Numbered from the stretch's first letter, positions 52,700-62,279 are shown. The stretch: DNA of 64,000 nt from Candidatus Eiseniibacteriota bacterium (GCA_963703225.1 OY969801.1:96001-160000); one strand, 5' to 3'. Notes: generated from the sequence alone by a model not told the origin. Translations and numbers: made by a program.

Positions 52700-53875
52700 A
52701 TGAGCCTGGGCCACGTGTGTCAATCGGCGGCGACCTGGATCGTGGCGCTTGTCGCGCTCGCGTGGGTCTGGGCCGGTGTTCTGTTGGCGCTCGTCCGCCG
52801 GCGAATTCCGAGCTTGGGGGATGAGGAATCCCTCCCCGGCCCGTCGCTCCCCTCGCTCACCATCATCGCGGCCGCGCGGGACGAGGCGGCGCGGGTCGAC
52901 GGGGCGGTTCGTTCGCTCCTGGCGCAGGACTACCCGGAGCTCCGGGTCATCGCCGTGGATGACCGCTCCGTCGACGGGACCGGGACGATCCTCGACCGCG
53001 TGGCCGCCCAAGAGCCGCGGCTTCGCGTGATCCACGTCGACTCGCTCCCCGAGGGCTGGCTGGGGAAGTGTCACGCGCTGGCCTTGGCCGCCGCCGAGGC
53101 GAAGACGGAGTGGCTCCTCTTCACCGACGGGGACGTGACGTTCGCGCCTGATGCCGCGCGCCGGGCCGTGTCGCTCGCGCTCCGAGAGGGGGCCGACCAT
53201 GTCGCCGTGCCGCCGGAGTTGATCGTCGAAGGAATCGGGGAAGCCGCGTTCACGGGTTATTTCGTCGTCATGTTCCACCTGAGCCAGCAGCCCTGGCGCG
53301 CCCGCGAGCCTGGGGACCAATCATCGATCGGAATCGGCGCGTTCAACCTCGTGCGTCGCGCATCGTACGAGCGCTCGGGAGGGCATGAGGCGATCCGCTA
53401 CGAGCTGATCGACGACTTGGCGCTGGGGAGAAGTCTCAAGCGGAGCGGCGCGCGACAGGTCTACGCCCTCGACGGAGGCCGAGTCCGGGCGCGGTGGCAG
53501 GTCGGGGTTCGGGGGCTGATCCGCGGGGTGGAGAAGAATGCGTTCGCGGCCTTTCGATACAGGGCGGGTTTGGGACTCCTCGCGGTCGCGTCACAGCTCG
53601 CGGTCTCGCAGGCACCGCTCGTCGGCCTGTTCCTGCCCGGTATCGCGCCGAAGATCGCGGCGGCCGCGGCCTGGGTCGGCGTGGCGGGCGCCTACGCGGC
53701 GAGTTACTGGGGCAAGCGCCACCGATGGCTTCAGGCCGCGTTGATGCCGCTGGGAGGCGCCCTCTTCACCTACGCGATCGCCCGATCGATCGTGCTCGCG
53801 CTCGCGCGGCGCGGTGTCTACTGGAGGGGGACGTTTTATCCGCTCGACCGGCTCAAGGAGGGGACGCATTCGTAA
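52700..53875 (+). CDS. GT2 glycosyltransferase (CrtQ/HpnB-like)
   Basis: 'AARDE', 'VDDRSVDGT', 'LPEGWLGK', 'FTDGD', 'DDLAL' and 'WRG'. Confidence 0.88.
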   Translation: MSLGHVCQSAATWIVALVALAWVWAGVLLALVRRRIPSLGDEESLPGPSLPSLTIIAAARDEAARVDGAVRSLLAQDYPELRVIAVDDRSVDGTGTILDRVAAQEPRLRVIHVDSLPEGWLGKCHALALAAAEAKTEWLLFTDGDVTFAPDAARRAVSLALREGADHVAVPPELIVEGIGEAAFTGYFVVMFHLSQQPWRAREPGDQSSIGIGAFNLVRRASYERSGGHEAIRYELIDDLALGRSLKRSGARQVYALDGGRVRARWQVGVRGLIRGVEKNAFAAFRYRAGLGLLAVASQLAVSQAPLVGLFLPGIAPKIAAAAAWVGVAGAYAASYWGKRHRWLQAALMPLGGALFTYAIARSIVLALARRGVYWRGTFYPLDRLKEGTHS

Positions 53876-53910
53876 AAAAAGTACCCCCGCGAGCGTCCTG
53901 CCCGCGGGGG
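53874..53910 (-). terminator. Intrinsic terminator
   Basis: Stem CCCCCGCG(53884-91)/CGCGGGGG(53903-10) followed on the minus strand by TAC and T7. Confidence 0.8.
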
Positions 53911-53975
53911 CGATCGTCGCGTATCACGTGGGGGGTCAGGGCATATCGATACGCGACGTAAGCCTGAGTGGTGTC

Positions 53976-54038
53976 TTAGGTCAAGAGCGGCAAGGCCAGG
54001 AACAGGCAGGCTGCCGCGAGGCCCAACTTCCTCAACAT
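53976..54038 (-). CDS. Putative 20-aa hydrophobic small protein MLRKLGLAAACLFLALPLLT
   Basis: GGAGG 8 nt upstream of ATG. Lies between a sigma54-like promoter and an intrinsic terminator. Confidence 0.55.
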   Translation of the reverse strand: MLRKLGLAAACLFLALPLLT

Positions 54039-54095
54039 CTCCGCATCCTCCGGGCTGCACCGAGTGTCGGCACGCCCCCCTGCGCGAAATCGCCC

Positions 54096-54110
54096 GCATA
54101 GCATGTGCCA
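54096..54110 (-). promoter_or_regulatory. Sigma54 (-24/-12)-type promoter
   Basis: Minus-strand TGGCACATGCTATGC (GG-N10-GC). IHF-like TTCCAATATGTTA at about 54140-54152. Confidence 0.6.
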
Positions 54111-54253
54111 CGGCCTCCCCGGCCCCCACGGGCATGCCGTAACATATTGGAAAACAGTCGTTTGGCGATTCGATCGTCAGGCGGACCGGAGGAGCGTCTC
54201 CCGGGGAATCCGGACAGGCGGGTACAGACTCGTACGACGAGGTACGAGGCGGG

Positions 54254-55442
54254 CTACGGGTCGGCTGGTTGGGAATTCAGCGCACCGACGCTCCTCAAAA
54301 AGAGTTCCGCCAACTCGCGCTCGATCTTCTCGAGCGCTTCGCCGGTCGGGAAGCGGATCGCGGTGCCCGCCGGAAGCGGCACGCCCCATTCGGCGAGCGG
54401 CACGCCCAGGGCCTTCGTGAAGGTGCCCGAGGGCGTCACCCACGGCGCCATCGGCCAGATTTCGGCGCCCTCGGAGCCCGACTTGGCGCTCCGAATCTCC
54501 GCCTGGATCGCGGGGTGGTGGATGTTCATCCGATCCCAGAGGAATTGCTCGGCCATCTCGATCTTCGCGCTCGGGGCCAGCGCCTCGGCCCTCCGCGCCA
54601 CGTCGGCAGGATCCATGTTCTCCGCCGTCTCGATGACGATCCACGCCTGCGGACGATCGGGGTGCCGCACCGGGGGCCGGATCACCTGGCCCCGAGGGTC
54701 GAAGAGCGCGGCGCGGAGCTTTGCCTCGCCTTCTCCCGGGACCGCTTGCGGATCGTCGAACGTCTCCTCCAGAAAATCGAGCGGCCCCGCCTGATCGGCC
54801 AGCTTGCGGAGCAGCTCGAAATCGAGCGGCCGCGGGCCGTACGCTTCCTCCTTGAGCTGCGCCACGAGCTGATCGCGGATCGCGAATGCGTTCGCGCCCT
54901 CACCCCGCACCGCCAGGACCACGCGGCCGCGCGCGCCCAGGAAGACACGACGCCTCCGCGGCGCGGACGGCAAGATTCGGGGCCAGAACGCGACCGGAGC
55001 CTGAAGGGAGCCGCCGGTGTGCGCGGAGGCACTCCGAAAGCGGGAGCGAGCCCTGCGTGGCGGCCGGGGCCACGATGACCGCGGCGGGCGCGACCCCGCC
55101 CGCGCGCAGGGCGCCGATGGCGCCCACGGTCGCTAAGAGAGCCAGCCGCTCGGCGCCTTCGACCGCCGCCGGGAAGACGGGATGGGCCTCGGCGTGCCAG
55201 CTGGCGAAGACGGTCAGGACAGGCGCGGCTCCACCCGGAGGAAGAAGGAGGAACGTTGGCACAACCGATTCAACTACAGTGAGTTCCAGGCCAATGGCTG
55301 ACGCGGCGGCGGTCAGGGTCTTCCGTGCCGCGGCGGCCGAGAGCTGAGGAATGGTCTCCCGAGGCAGAGACATAAGCTCTTGAAACAATGCGAGATGGGC
55401 CTCAGCCTCGAACCGAAGCTGGGCCAATTCCACGGGATTCAC
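54254..55442 (-). CDS. Degenerate M20 peptidase-like protein (one +1 frameshift near 55005-55015)
   Basis: Segment order resembles M20 dipeptidases (LTVFASWH, GSLPLSECLRAH..LQAPVAFW, VFLGARG), but the metal ligands are absent. Confidence 0.45.
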
Positions 55443-55617
55443 GCGAAAATTCCCCGGAAGAAGGCCATTGCCGGGGCAGCATACCTCATCCATTCCATTG
55501 AAATGACGTGCTTTGTCCTTGACACCCCGTTTCGAGCAGGGGGACTATCGATTCGGAGGCGGTGCCTGGTTTTCGGGCCGCTTCGAGGGTTTCTGTGTGG
55601 AGGGGAGGAGTCGGGTC

Positions 55618-55809
55618 ATGGAAGCCAAGTTTCCCGAGTGCCGAAAGTGCTCCGCGGGAGTCTTGATCCCACTTTCGGACTACGGCAGGGACGGCGCCCC
55701 GATCACCTACAAGGCCTGGGTCTGCACCAACCCCACCTGCGGCTTCAACGTTCGCATCGACAACGGTGAGATCAGCCTGGGCCGATCGATAGGGCCGTCG
55801 AGCAAGTAG
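55618..55809 (+). CDS. Small zinc-ribbon protein (63 aa)
   Basis: GGAGGAG RBS. CxxC...CxxxxC ('CRKC', 'CTNPTC'). TTGACA upstream at about 55519. Confidence 0.75.
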   Translation: MEAKFPECRKCSAGVLIPLSDYGRDGAPITYKAWVCTNPTCGFNVRIDNGEISLGRSIGPSSK

Positions 55810-55822
55810 ATCGGTTGGACGT

Positions 55823-55843
55823 CCTCGCCGGCGCCCGGCGAGG
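55823..55843 (+). terminator. GC-rich hairpin after the small gene
   Basis: CCTCGCCGG-CGC-CCGGCGAGG with no U-tract. Confidence 0.35.
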
Positions 55844-55918
55844 GACGAGCAACGCCGATGTAGGTGCGATCCACGCGGGACGCCCTGCGTCGGCGTTTTC
55901 TGCTCCGGGGTATTCGAC

Positions 55919-56605
55919 ATGATCCGAGCCATCATCTTCGATCTCGACAACACGCTCACCGACTTCATGAAGATGAAGCGGGCGGCCATCGACGCCGCGG
56001 TGGACGGGATGCTGGATGCCGGCCTCACGCTCCCCCGCGAGGAGGTCTCCGCCCAGATCTATCAGGTCTACGATCGCGAAGGGATCGAGTACCAGCAGGT
56101 CTTCGACATTTTCCTCAAAGAGGTGCTCGGCCGGATCGACTACAAGATTCTCTCCAGCGCCATCGTCGCCTACCGGCGCGCGCGGGAGTCCTACCTGGTT
56201 CTCTATCCCCACGTGAACATCACCCTGCTCGAGCTCCTGAAGCGGGGGCTTCGGCTGGCGGTCGTCTCGGATGCGCCCCGGCTCCAGGCCTGGATGCGTC
56301 TCGCCCACCTTCAGCTCCACCACCTCTTCGAGACCGTGGTCGCCTTCGAGGATACCGGCGAGCGGAAGCCGAGCCCCAAGCCGTTTCAGCGCGCGATCGA
56401 GATCCTCGCGATCACGCCCCAGGAAGCAATCATGATCGGTGACTGGCCCGAGCGGGACGTCGTGGGCGCCGCCAAGGTCGGGATCCGGACGGCCTTCGCG
56501 CGCTACGGCGACACCTTCGGCACCAAGGACTCGGGCGCCGACTTCGACCTGAACGATATCTACGAGCTGGTCGGGATCGTCGATCGGCTCAACGGCCGAG
56601 ACTAG
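55919..56605 (+). CDS. HAD-IA hydrolase
   Basis: 'IFDLDNTL', 'VSD', 'KPSP' and 'IGDWPERD'. Confidence 0.9.
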   Translation: MIRAIIFDLDNTLTDFMKMKRAAIDAAVDGMLDAGLTLPREEVSAQIYQVYDREGIEYQQVFDIFLKEVLGRIDYKILSSAIVAYRRARESYLVLYPHVNITLLELLKRGLRLAVVSDAPRLQAWMRLAHLQLHHLFETVVAFEDTGERKPSPKPFQRAIEILAITPQEAIMIGDWPERDVVGAAKVGIRTAFARYGDTFGTKDSGADFDLNDIYELVGIVDRLNGRD

Positions 56606-56617
56606 GGCGCCGGCCGC

Positions 56618-56977
56618 ATGGTCTCCGTGGGCGTCGACATCGTCGAGGTCGAGCGGGTGGAACGCGCCATTGACCGCTGGGGCGCGCGCTTCCTCGACCG
56701 CATCTTCACAGCCGAAGAGATTCGCTACTGCCGCGGCCGCGCCCGGGAGGCGGAGTCCTTCGCCGTTCGCTTCGCCGCCAAGGAAGCCTTCGCCAAGGCG
56801 CTCAAGGTGGGAAGGGTCTCCATCTGGCGCGAGGTCGAGGTGGTCCGCGGCGAGGGCCCCCGGCCCTCGGTGCAGCTCCATGGTGGCGCGCGTGTTCTCG
56901 TCGGCAAGCGTCGGGTCGATCTCTCCCTCTCCCACGCCGCGACCCACGCCGTCGCGGTCGTCCTGATCGAGGACTGA
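56618..56977 (+). CDS. acpS: Holo-ACP synthase
   Basis: 'GVDIVE', 'RFAAKEAFAKA' and 'LSLSH'. Confidence 0.93.
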   Translation: MVSVGVDIVEVERVERAIDRWGARFLDRIFTAEEIRYCRGRAREAESFAVRFAAKEAFAKALKVGRVSIWREVEVVRGEGPRPSVQLHGGARVLVGKRRVDLSLSHAATHAVAVVLIED

Positions 56978-56978
56978 C

Positions 56979-58589
56979 GTGCGCCCGCCTCCCGCCCTTT
57001 CGCGCGTCGTCACCGCCGAGGAGATGGCGGCGTTCGACCGCGAGGCGACGCGCGGGGGGAAGATCACCTCGCTTTCCCTCATGGAGCGCGCCGGCAAAGA
57101 GACGGCGCGCGCGATCGCCGCGTGGTGGAAGAAGGCCGTACCCGCGGCACCTCCAGGAGGGCCGGCGCTGATCCTCTGCGGGCGCGGGAACAACGGAGGC
57201 GACGGCCTGGTGGCGGCGCGCTTTCTGAAGTCCGCGGGGTTCGTCGTGCGGGCGATCGTCGCGTCCGACGAAGATTCGCTCTCCGCGGACGCGCGGACCC
57301 AGTACACCGCCTGCGTCAAGGCGCGCGTGCCGGTCACGTTTCTTCCGGATCCAAGAGCCTGGGGGCCGGGGAGCGAGGCGGCCGACGCCGTCCAGCGGGC
57401 CGCATTTCTGGTCGACGCCCTGCTCGGCACCGGAAGCAAGGGAGCGCCGCGCGGTCCCGTGGCCGCCGCGATCGAGCTGGCCCTCGCGAGCGAGAAGCCG
57501 ATTGCCGCCATCGATCTCCCCTCGGGAGTCGACGCCACCACCGGCCACGCCGAAAGCCCCTCCATCCGCGCCGACCTCACGGTGACCCTGGCGCTCTCCA
57601 AGGTCGGGCTCGTGGTCGAGCCGGGGCGGGAGCACGCGGGCGCGGTGCAGGTGGTCGATATCGGCATTCCCTTGGACGTCATCGCGGCGGCCCGCCCGAG
57701 CATCCTCACCGCCAGCGCGTCGTGGGTAAGGTCGCTTCTGCCTCGCCGCCCCTCTCAAGCCCACAAGGGCTCGGTGGGGCGTGTGCTCATCGTCGGCGGG
57801 AGCGCCGGCATGATGGGCGCCATGGCGCTCGCCTCTCAGTCGGTCCTCCGGGTTGGGGCCGGGTATGCCGTGGCGGCCGTTCCCGAGAGCGGCGTCGACA
57901 TTCTCGAGTCGCGGGTTTCCGAGGTGGTCAAGCGCGGGTTCGCCGAGACCGAGCGGCGGTCTCTGGCGGCCGCGGCCTTGAACGACATCCTCATGGAAGC
58001 GATGAGGGCCGACGTGGTCGCGATCGGGCCGGGACTCTCGCGGGACCACGAAGCCGAGGAGCTGGCGCGCGCGCTGATCGAGCGCGTCGACGCGCCGATC
58101 GTGCTCGACGCGGACGGGCTCAATGCCTTCGAGGGGCGCCCGCTCAAGAGGCAGCACGGCCCGCTGATCGTGACGCCCCACTACGGCGAGGCGGCGCGGC
58201 TCGCGGGGAAATCGGTGGCCGAGGTCTCGCGGGATCCTGTCGGCTGGGCGCGCTCGTTCGCCGAGGCGAGCGGGGCGATCGTCTGCCTCAAGTCGACTCC
58301 CATGGTGACGGCGGCGAGGGGCGAGCCGGCGATCTTGAACGCGACCGGAAACCCCGGCATGGCGACCGCGGGTGCGGGGGACGTGCTCACGGGAGCGATC
58401 GCCGGGCTTCTGGCTCAGGGAATGGATCCCATCGAGGCGGCCGCGTCCGGCTGCTTCGTCCACGGGCTGGCCGGGGATATCGCGGCGCGCCGCATGGGCC
58501 GGCGCGGAATGATCGCGGGAGACATACGGGATTCGCTTCCCGCCGCGCTCGTCGCCCTGGAGAGCGGAGCGCTCGATGAATCCGAGTAG
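56979..58589 (+). CDS. nnr: Bifunctional NAD(P)H-hydrate epimerase/dehydratase
   Basis: 'LMERAG', 'CGRGNNGGDG', 'DLPSG', 'HKG', 'LDADGL', 'TPH.GE' and 'AGAGDVLTG'. Confidence 0.95.
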   Translation: MRPPPALSRVVTAEEMAAFDREATRGGKITSLSLMERAGKETARAIAAWWKKAVPAAPPGGPALILCGRGNNGGDGLVAARFLKSAGFVVRAIVASDEDSLSADARTQYTACVKARVPVTFLPDPRAWGPGSEAADAVQRAAFLVDALLGTGSKGAPRGPVAAAIELALASEKPIAAIDLPSGVDATTGHAESPSIRADLTVTLALSKVGLVVEPGREHAGAVQVVDIGIPLDVIAAARPSILTASASWVRSLLPRRPSQAHKGSVGRVLIVGGSAGMMGAMALASQSVLRVGAGYAVAAVPESGVDILESRVSEVVKRGFAETERRSLAAAALNDILMEAMRADVVAIGPGLSRDHEAEELARALIERVDAPIVLDADGLNAFEGRPLKRQHGPLIVTPHYGEAARLAGKSVAEVSRDPVGWARSFAEASGAIVCLKSTPMVTAARGEPAILNATGNPGMATAGAGDVLTGAIAGLLAQGMDPIEAAASGCFVHGLAGDIAARRMGRRGMIAGDIRDSLPAALVALESGALDESE

Positions 58590-59262
58590 CCGAGGGCCCG
58601 ACGAGCCCGACGGGGAGCGGCCCAAGCGCCGAATCGGCCGGGGCCTGCGAAAGGCGAATGCGACCGCCCGGCTTCAGGGAGTGCGGATCGCGCTCTGCCA
58701 CGAATTGATCCGCGCGGGGCGGGTCTTGAGCCGCCGCGGAATGATCGTTGCGACCGAGGGAAACCTGAGCGCGCGATTCAACTCGGACCGGCTGATCATC
58801 ACGCGCCACAACCGCCGAAAAGGGGAGCTCACCACCCGCGATTTCGTGGAGCTGGGCATTCTGGAAGTGGGGGATTCGCCCGCGCGGCGGGAGGCTTCCG
58901 CCGAGCATCGGATGCACATGGTCGCCTACGCGGCGCGCCGGGACGTGGAGGCCCTTCTCCACGCTCATCCAGTCGCGCTCACGGCCTTCGCGGTGCGGGG
59001 CACGGCGCCCGACTTCTCCCGGTTCGACGAGGCGCGCGCCTTGGTCGGTCCCGTGGGCTTTGTCCCCCATTACCCCTCGGGGAGCGAGGCGCTCGCCGAG
59101 GCGGTCGCGGCGGCGCTGGACGTGCGCGAGCGGCCGAATATCCTGGTCCTGGGGCGGCACGGCGCGCTCGCGGTGGGTGCCGGCGTGGACGACGCTCTGG
59201 CCAAATTCGAGATCGCGGAACATCTCGCCGCGGCGCTTCTGGCCGCGGAGGGCCTCCGGTAG
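58576..59262 (+). CDS. Class II aldolase/adducin family protein
   Basis: 'EGNLSAR', 'SAEHRMH', 'HAHP' and 'RHG'. Confidence 0.88.
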   Translation: MNPSSRGPDEPDGERPKRRIGRGLRKANATARLQGVRIALCHELIRAGRVLSRRGMIVATEGNLSARFNSDRLIITRHNRRKGELTTRDFVELGILEVGDSPARREASAEHRMHMVAYAARRDVEALLHAHPVALTAFAVRGTAPDFSRFDEARALVGPVGFVPHYPSGSEALAEAVAAALDVRERPNILVLGRHGALAVGAGVDDALAKFEIAEHLAAALLAAEGLR

Positions 59263-59276
59263 CGGACCAGTTTTGG

Positions 59277-61949
59277 ATGGGGGCACCATTGCCCGAGACG
59301 CTCGCTCACTACACGCTCCTCGAGAAATTGGGCGAGGGCGGGATGGGTGCGGTCTACCGCGCTCGCGACACGCGGCTCGGACGCGACGTCGCGCTCAAGC
59401 TGCTTCACGCCGAAAGTTTCGCCGATAAGACCGCGCGGGAGCGCCTCGTTCGAGAAGCCCGCCTGGCATCGACCCTCAATCACCCGCACATATGCACGAT
59501 CTTCGAGGTTGGAGAGGCGGACGGGCAGACCTTCCTCGCAATGGAGCTCATACCCGGCCGGCCCCTGAGGGAACTGATTCCGCGCGAAGGTCTCCCGGTC
59601 GAGACGCTCCTCCGCTACGGAGCCGAGGTGGCCGGGGCGCTGGAGCACGCACACGAGAAGGGCGTCGTGCACCGCGATCTCAAGAGCTCCAACGTCGCCG
59701 TCACCGAGGACGGGCGCGCCAAGGTGCTCGACTTCGGCCTGGCCAGGCGCACGGCAGCCGGATCCGGCGCCGAGATGCTCACACAAGAGCCAACCCTCAC
59801 GGACTCGGGCGTCATCGCGGGCACGCCGCCCTATCTCGCTCCCGAAGTGCTGCGCGGCGAGCGCGCCAACGAGCAGAGCGACATCTGGGCGCTGGGTGTC
59901 CTCATTTACGAAATGGCTACCGGCGCCCTGCCGTTTCGCGGCGGGACCGCGCACGAGCTGAGCGCCGCGATTCTCAAGGATCCGGTTCCCCCCTTGCCCG
60001 CGCGGGTGCCGGCCGGACTTCGAACGGTGGTCGGGCGCTGCCTCGAGAAGGATCCGTCGCGGCGGTTTCGAAGGGCGGGCGAGGTCCGAGCCGCACTCGA
60101 GGCACTTCAAGGCGGCCTCCACGCGCCGACCGCGGAGCGCGCCTCGCGCGGTCGGATCTGGGCGCCCCGCGCGCTCGCGGCGTTCGTTCTCCTGGCCCTC
60201 GTCGCGGGCGGCGCTTGGCTCATGTGGCGTCAGCCATGGCGAGTCCGCGAGCTGAAGCAGCGGCAGATCACATCGAACACCTCGGAGAGTCCCATCGGCT
60301 GGGGGACCATCTCCCCGGATGGGAAGACCTTGGCCGTCGTCGAAGGAAGTGGGGCCGGTGGCATTTCGTTACGGTCGGTCGACTCCGGAGAGAGCCACTC
60401 CTTGGAACTCCCCCCGGGAGTGTCCCTCCGTGGAGGAATCTTCCCGGTCCTCGATTGGTATCCGGACGGGAGAACGCTTCTGGTGAGCGGGTCGGATTCC
60501 GCGGGCCAACCCCACGAGTGGGCACTTCCCATCCTCGGGGGGCATCCGCGGGTCCTGGTCGACAATGGCAATCTCGCGACGATATCCCACGACGGTGCGC
60601 ACCTCGCGTTCGTTCGGCATGGAGAAAGCGGCGACGACATTTGGTGTTCGGGTCCGAACGGCGAAAATCCGCGGCGCGTCGTGGCCAGTGACTCCAGCGG
60701 AACGAATACCACATGGACCGCGTGGGCACCGGGGGGGCGGCGCCTGGCCTATGTCCGGGCCATGTCCGGACCGCGGGGCGGCGAATTTTGGATTGAGACT
60801 TCGGATCTCCGGGGGCATCGCCGCCGCGCGTTCACATCGACACCCGACCAAAGACTCCATCCGCTCGCCGTTCCCGCCTGGCTTCCCGACGGCCGCATGG
60901 TCTTCGGCCTCAGCGATCCACCTCCGAGCCAGGGGGATATCAATCTCTATTGCCTACGGGTCGATCCACGGACCGGCGCTCCATCCGGGAGACCGCGGCG
61001 CATCACACAATGGCAGCGGGTTTCGGTCGTCGTGCCTTGCGGCGGATCGAGTGACGGCAAGCGGTTGGGTGTCGCTGTCATTTCGTACCAGAGCGATTGC
61101 TACGTCGGCAGGGTCGCGAGCGGCGATTCGATGCTCCAGGGCGTCAAGCGGCTCACTCTCGACAATCGATTCGACATGAACCCGAGCTGGATGCCCAGCG
61201 GCGACGCCATCGTCTTTTCGTCCAATCGGAGCGGCAGCGAAGACATATTCAAGCAGGGGCTGGACGCAACGGAGGCCGAGCCGGTTGCGACGGGCCATGG
61301 GAGCCAGGATATTCCGGTAGTGAGCCCGGACGGCGCCTGGGTCCTCTACATCGATCGAGAGCCAGCCACCGGGCCCGCGGGCGCAGGAAGCGCGCGCCTG
61401 ATGCGCGTGCCGACATCGGGAGGGCCGGCCGTGGCCGTTCTCGAGACCCAGCCGGCCGCCCGGATCGCCTGCGCGCCGCTCCCGTCGATCCGCTGCGCGC
61501 TGGGTGAAATCGAAGGGGGGCAGATCGTCTTTACGGCTTTCGATCCCGTTCGAGGTAGGGGTCGGGAACTCGCGCGCACCGCGGGCGTGGCGTATTCACC
61601 CTGGGGCCTCTCACCCGACGGCGAATCGATCGCGATCGTGAGTTCGGAAGACTCGTTGCCCCGCATCCGAGTTCTCTCGCTCCGAGGGGGAGCGACCCGG
61701 GAGGTGACGATCCATCGCCAGATCGGTGTCGCAAGCATCGGGTGGACGGCCGACGGTCGCGGATGGATCGTCGTCGCGAATGAGGCGCGGGCCTGGCAGC
61801 TGCTGCGAGTGGACGACAAGGGAAATACGTTCGCGATGATCCCGCCGCAGCAATGGATGTACAGCGCGGCCATGTCTCCCGACGGACGCCGCGTCGCCTA
61901 CACGAGCAACACCGTCGACGGGAATATCTGGCTCCTCGAGGACTTCTAG
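59277..61949 (+). CDS. Hanks-type Ser/Thr kinase with TM helix and TolB-like (PD40) beta-propellers
   Basis: GEGGMGAVY, VALK, HRDLKSSN, DFG and APE, then a TM helix and repeated 'SPDG' blades. Confidence 0.93.
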   Translation: MGAPLPETLAHYTLLEKLGEGGMGAVYRARDTRLGRDVALKLLHAESFADKTARERLVREARLASTLNHPHICTIFEVGEADGQTFLAMELIPGRPLRELIPREGLPVETLLRYGAEVAGALEHAHEKGVVHRDLKSSNVAVTEDGRAKVLDFGLARRTAAGSGAEMLTQEPTLTDSGVIAGTPPYLAPEVLRGERANEQSDIWALGVLIYEMATGALPFRGGTAHELSAAILKDPVPPLPARVPAGLRTVVGRCLEKDPSRRFRRAGEVRAALEALQGGLHAPTAERASRGRIWAPRALAAFVLLALVAGGAWLMWRQPWRVRELKQRQITSNTSESPIGWGTISPDGKTLAVVEGSGAGGISLRSVDSGESHSLELPPGVSLRGGIFPVLDWYPDGRTLLVSGSDSAGQPHEWALPILGGHPRVLVDNGNLATISHDGAHLAFVRHGESGDDIWCSGPNGENPRRVVASDSSGTNTTWTAWAPGGRRLAYVRAMSGPRGGEFWIETSDLRGHRRRAFTSTPDQRLHPLAVPAWLPDGRMVFGLSDPPPSQGDINLYCLRVDPRTGAPSGRPRRITQWQRVSVVVPCGGSSDGKRLGVAVISYQSDCYVGRVASGDSMLQGVKRLTLDNRFDMNPSWMPSGDAIVFSSNRSGSEDIFKQGLDATEAEPVATGHGSQDIPVVSPDGAWVLYIDREPATGPAGAGSARLMRVPTSGGPAVAVLETQPAARIACAPLPSIRCALGEIEGGQIVFTAFDPVRGRGRELARTAGVAYSPWGLSPDGESIAIVSSEDSLPRIRVLSLRGGATREVTIHRQIGVASIGWTADGRGWIVVANEARAWQLLRVDDKGNTFAMIPPQQWMYSAAMSPDGRRVAYTSNTVDGNIWLLEDF

Positions 61950-61988
61950 CAGAGAACCGTCGAAGGGGTTGGCGGCGGAGCGAGCGAA

Positions 61989-62279
61989 ATGGGCGACACC
62001 CGGGATGCATTGGGCGGGGGACCCTTGCCGGAAGCGATCGCGCACTACACGATTCTCGAAAGGCTGGGCGAAGGCGGCATGGGAGCTGTCTACCGCGCGC
62101 GCGACACCCGGCTCGGACGGGATGTCGCGCTCAAGCTGCTTCCCGCCGACGCGGTAGCCGATCCGGCCGCGCAGGCGCGCCTCCTCCGGGAAGCCCGCCT
62201 CGCGTCGACGCTCAACCACCCGAATATCTGCACCATCTACGAGGTGGGCGAGGCGGACGGCCAAACCGAGGATTTCTAG
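61989..62279 (+). pseudogene. Internally deleted tandem paralog of the upstream kinase
   Basis: Kinase subdomains I-IV are highly similar to 59277, then jump to 'EDF-stop', the same ending as the upstream gene. Confidence 0.75.

Noticed and set aside
53880..54090. tmRNA or 6S RNA identity for the structured intergenic region
   Set aside because: There is no T-arm/CCA end and no ALAA-type tag, and I see no end-to-end 6S-like pairing. An Rfam search is still needed.
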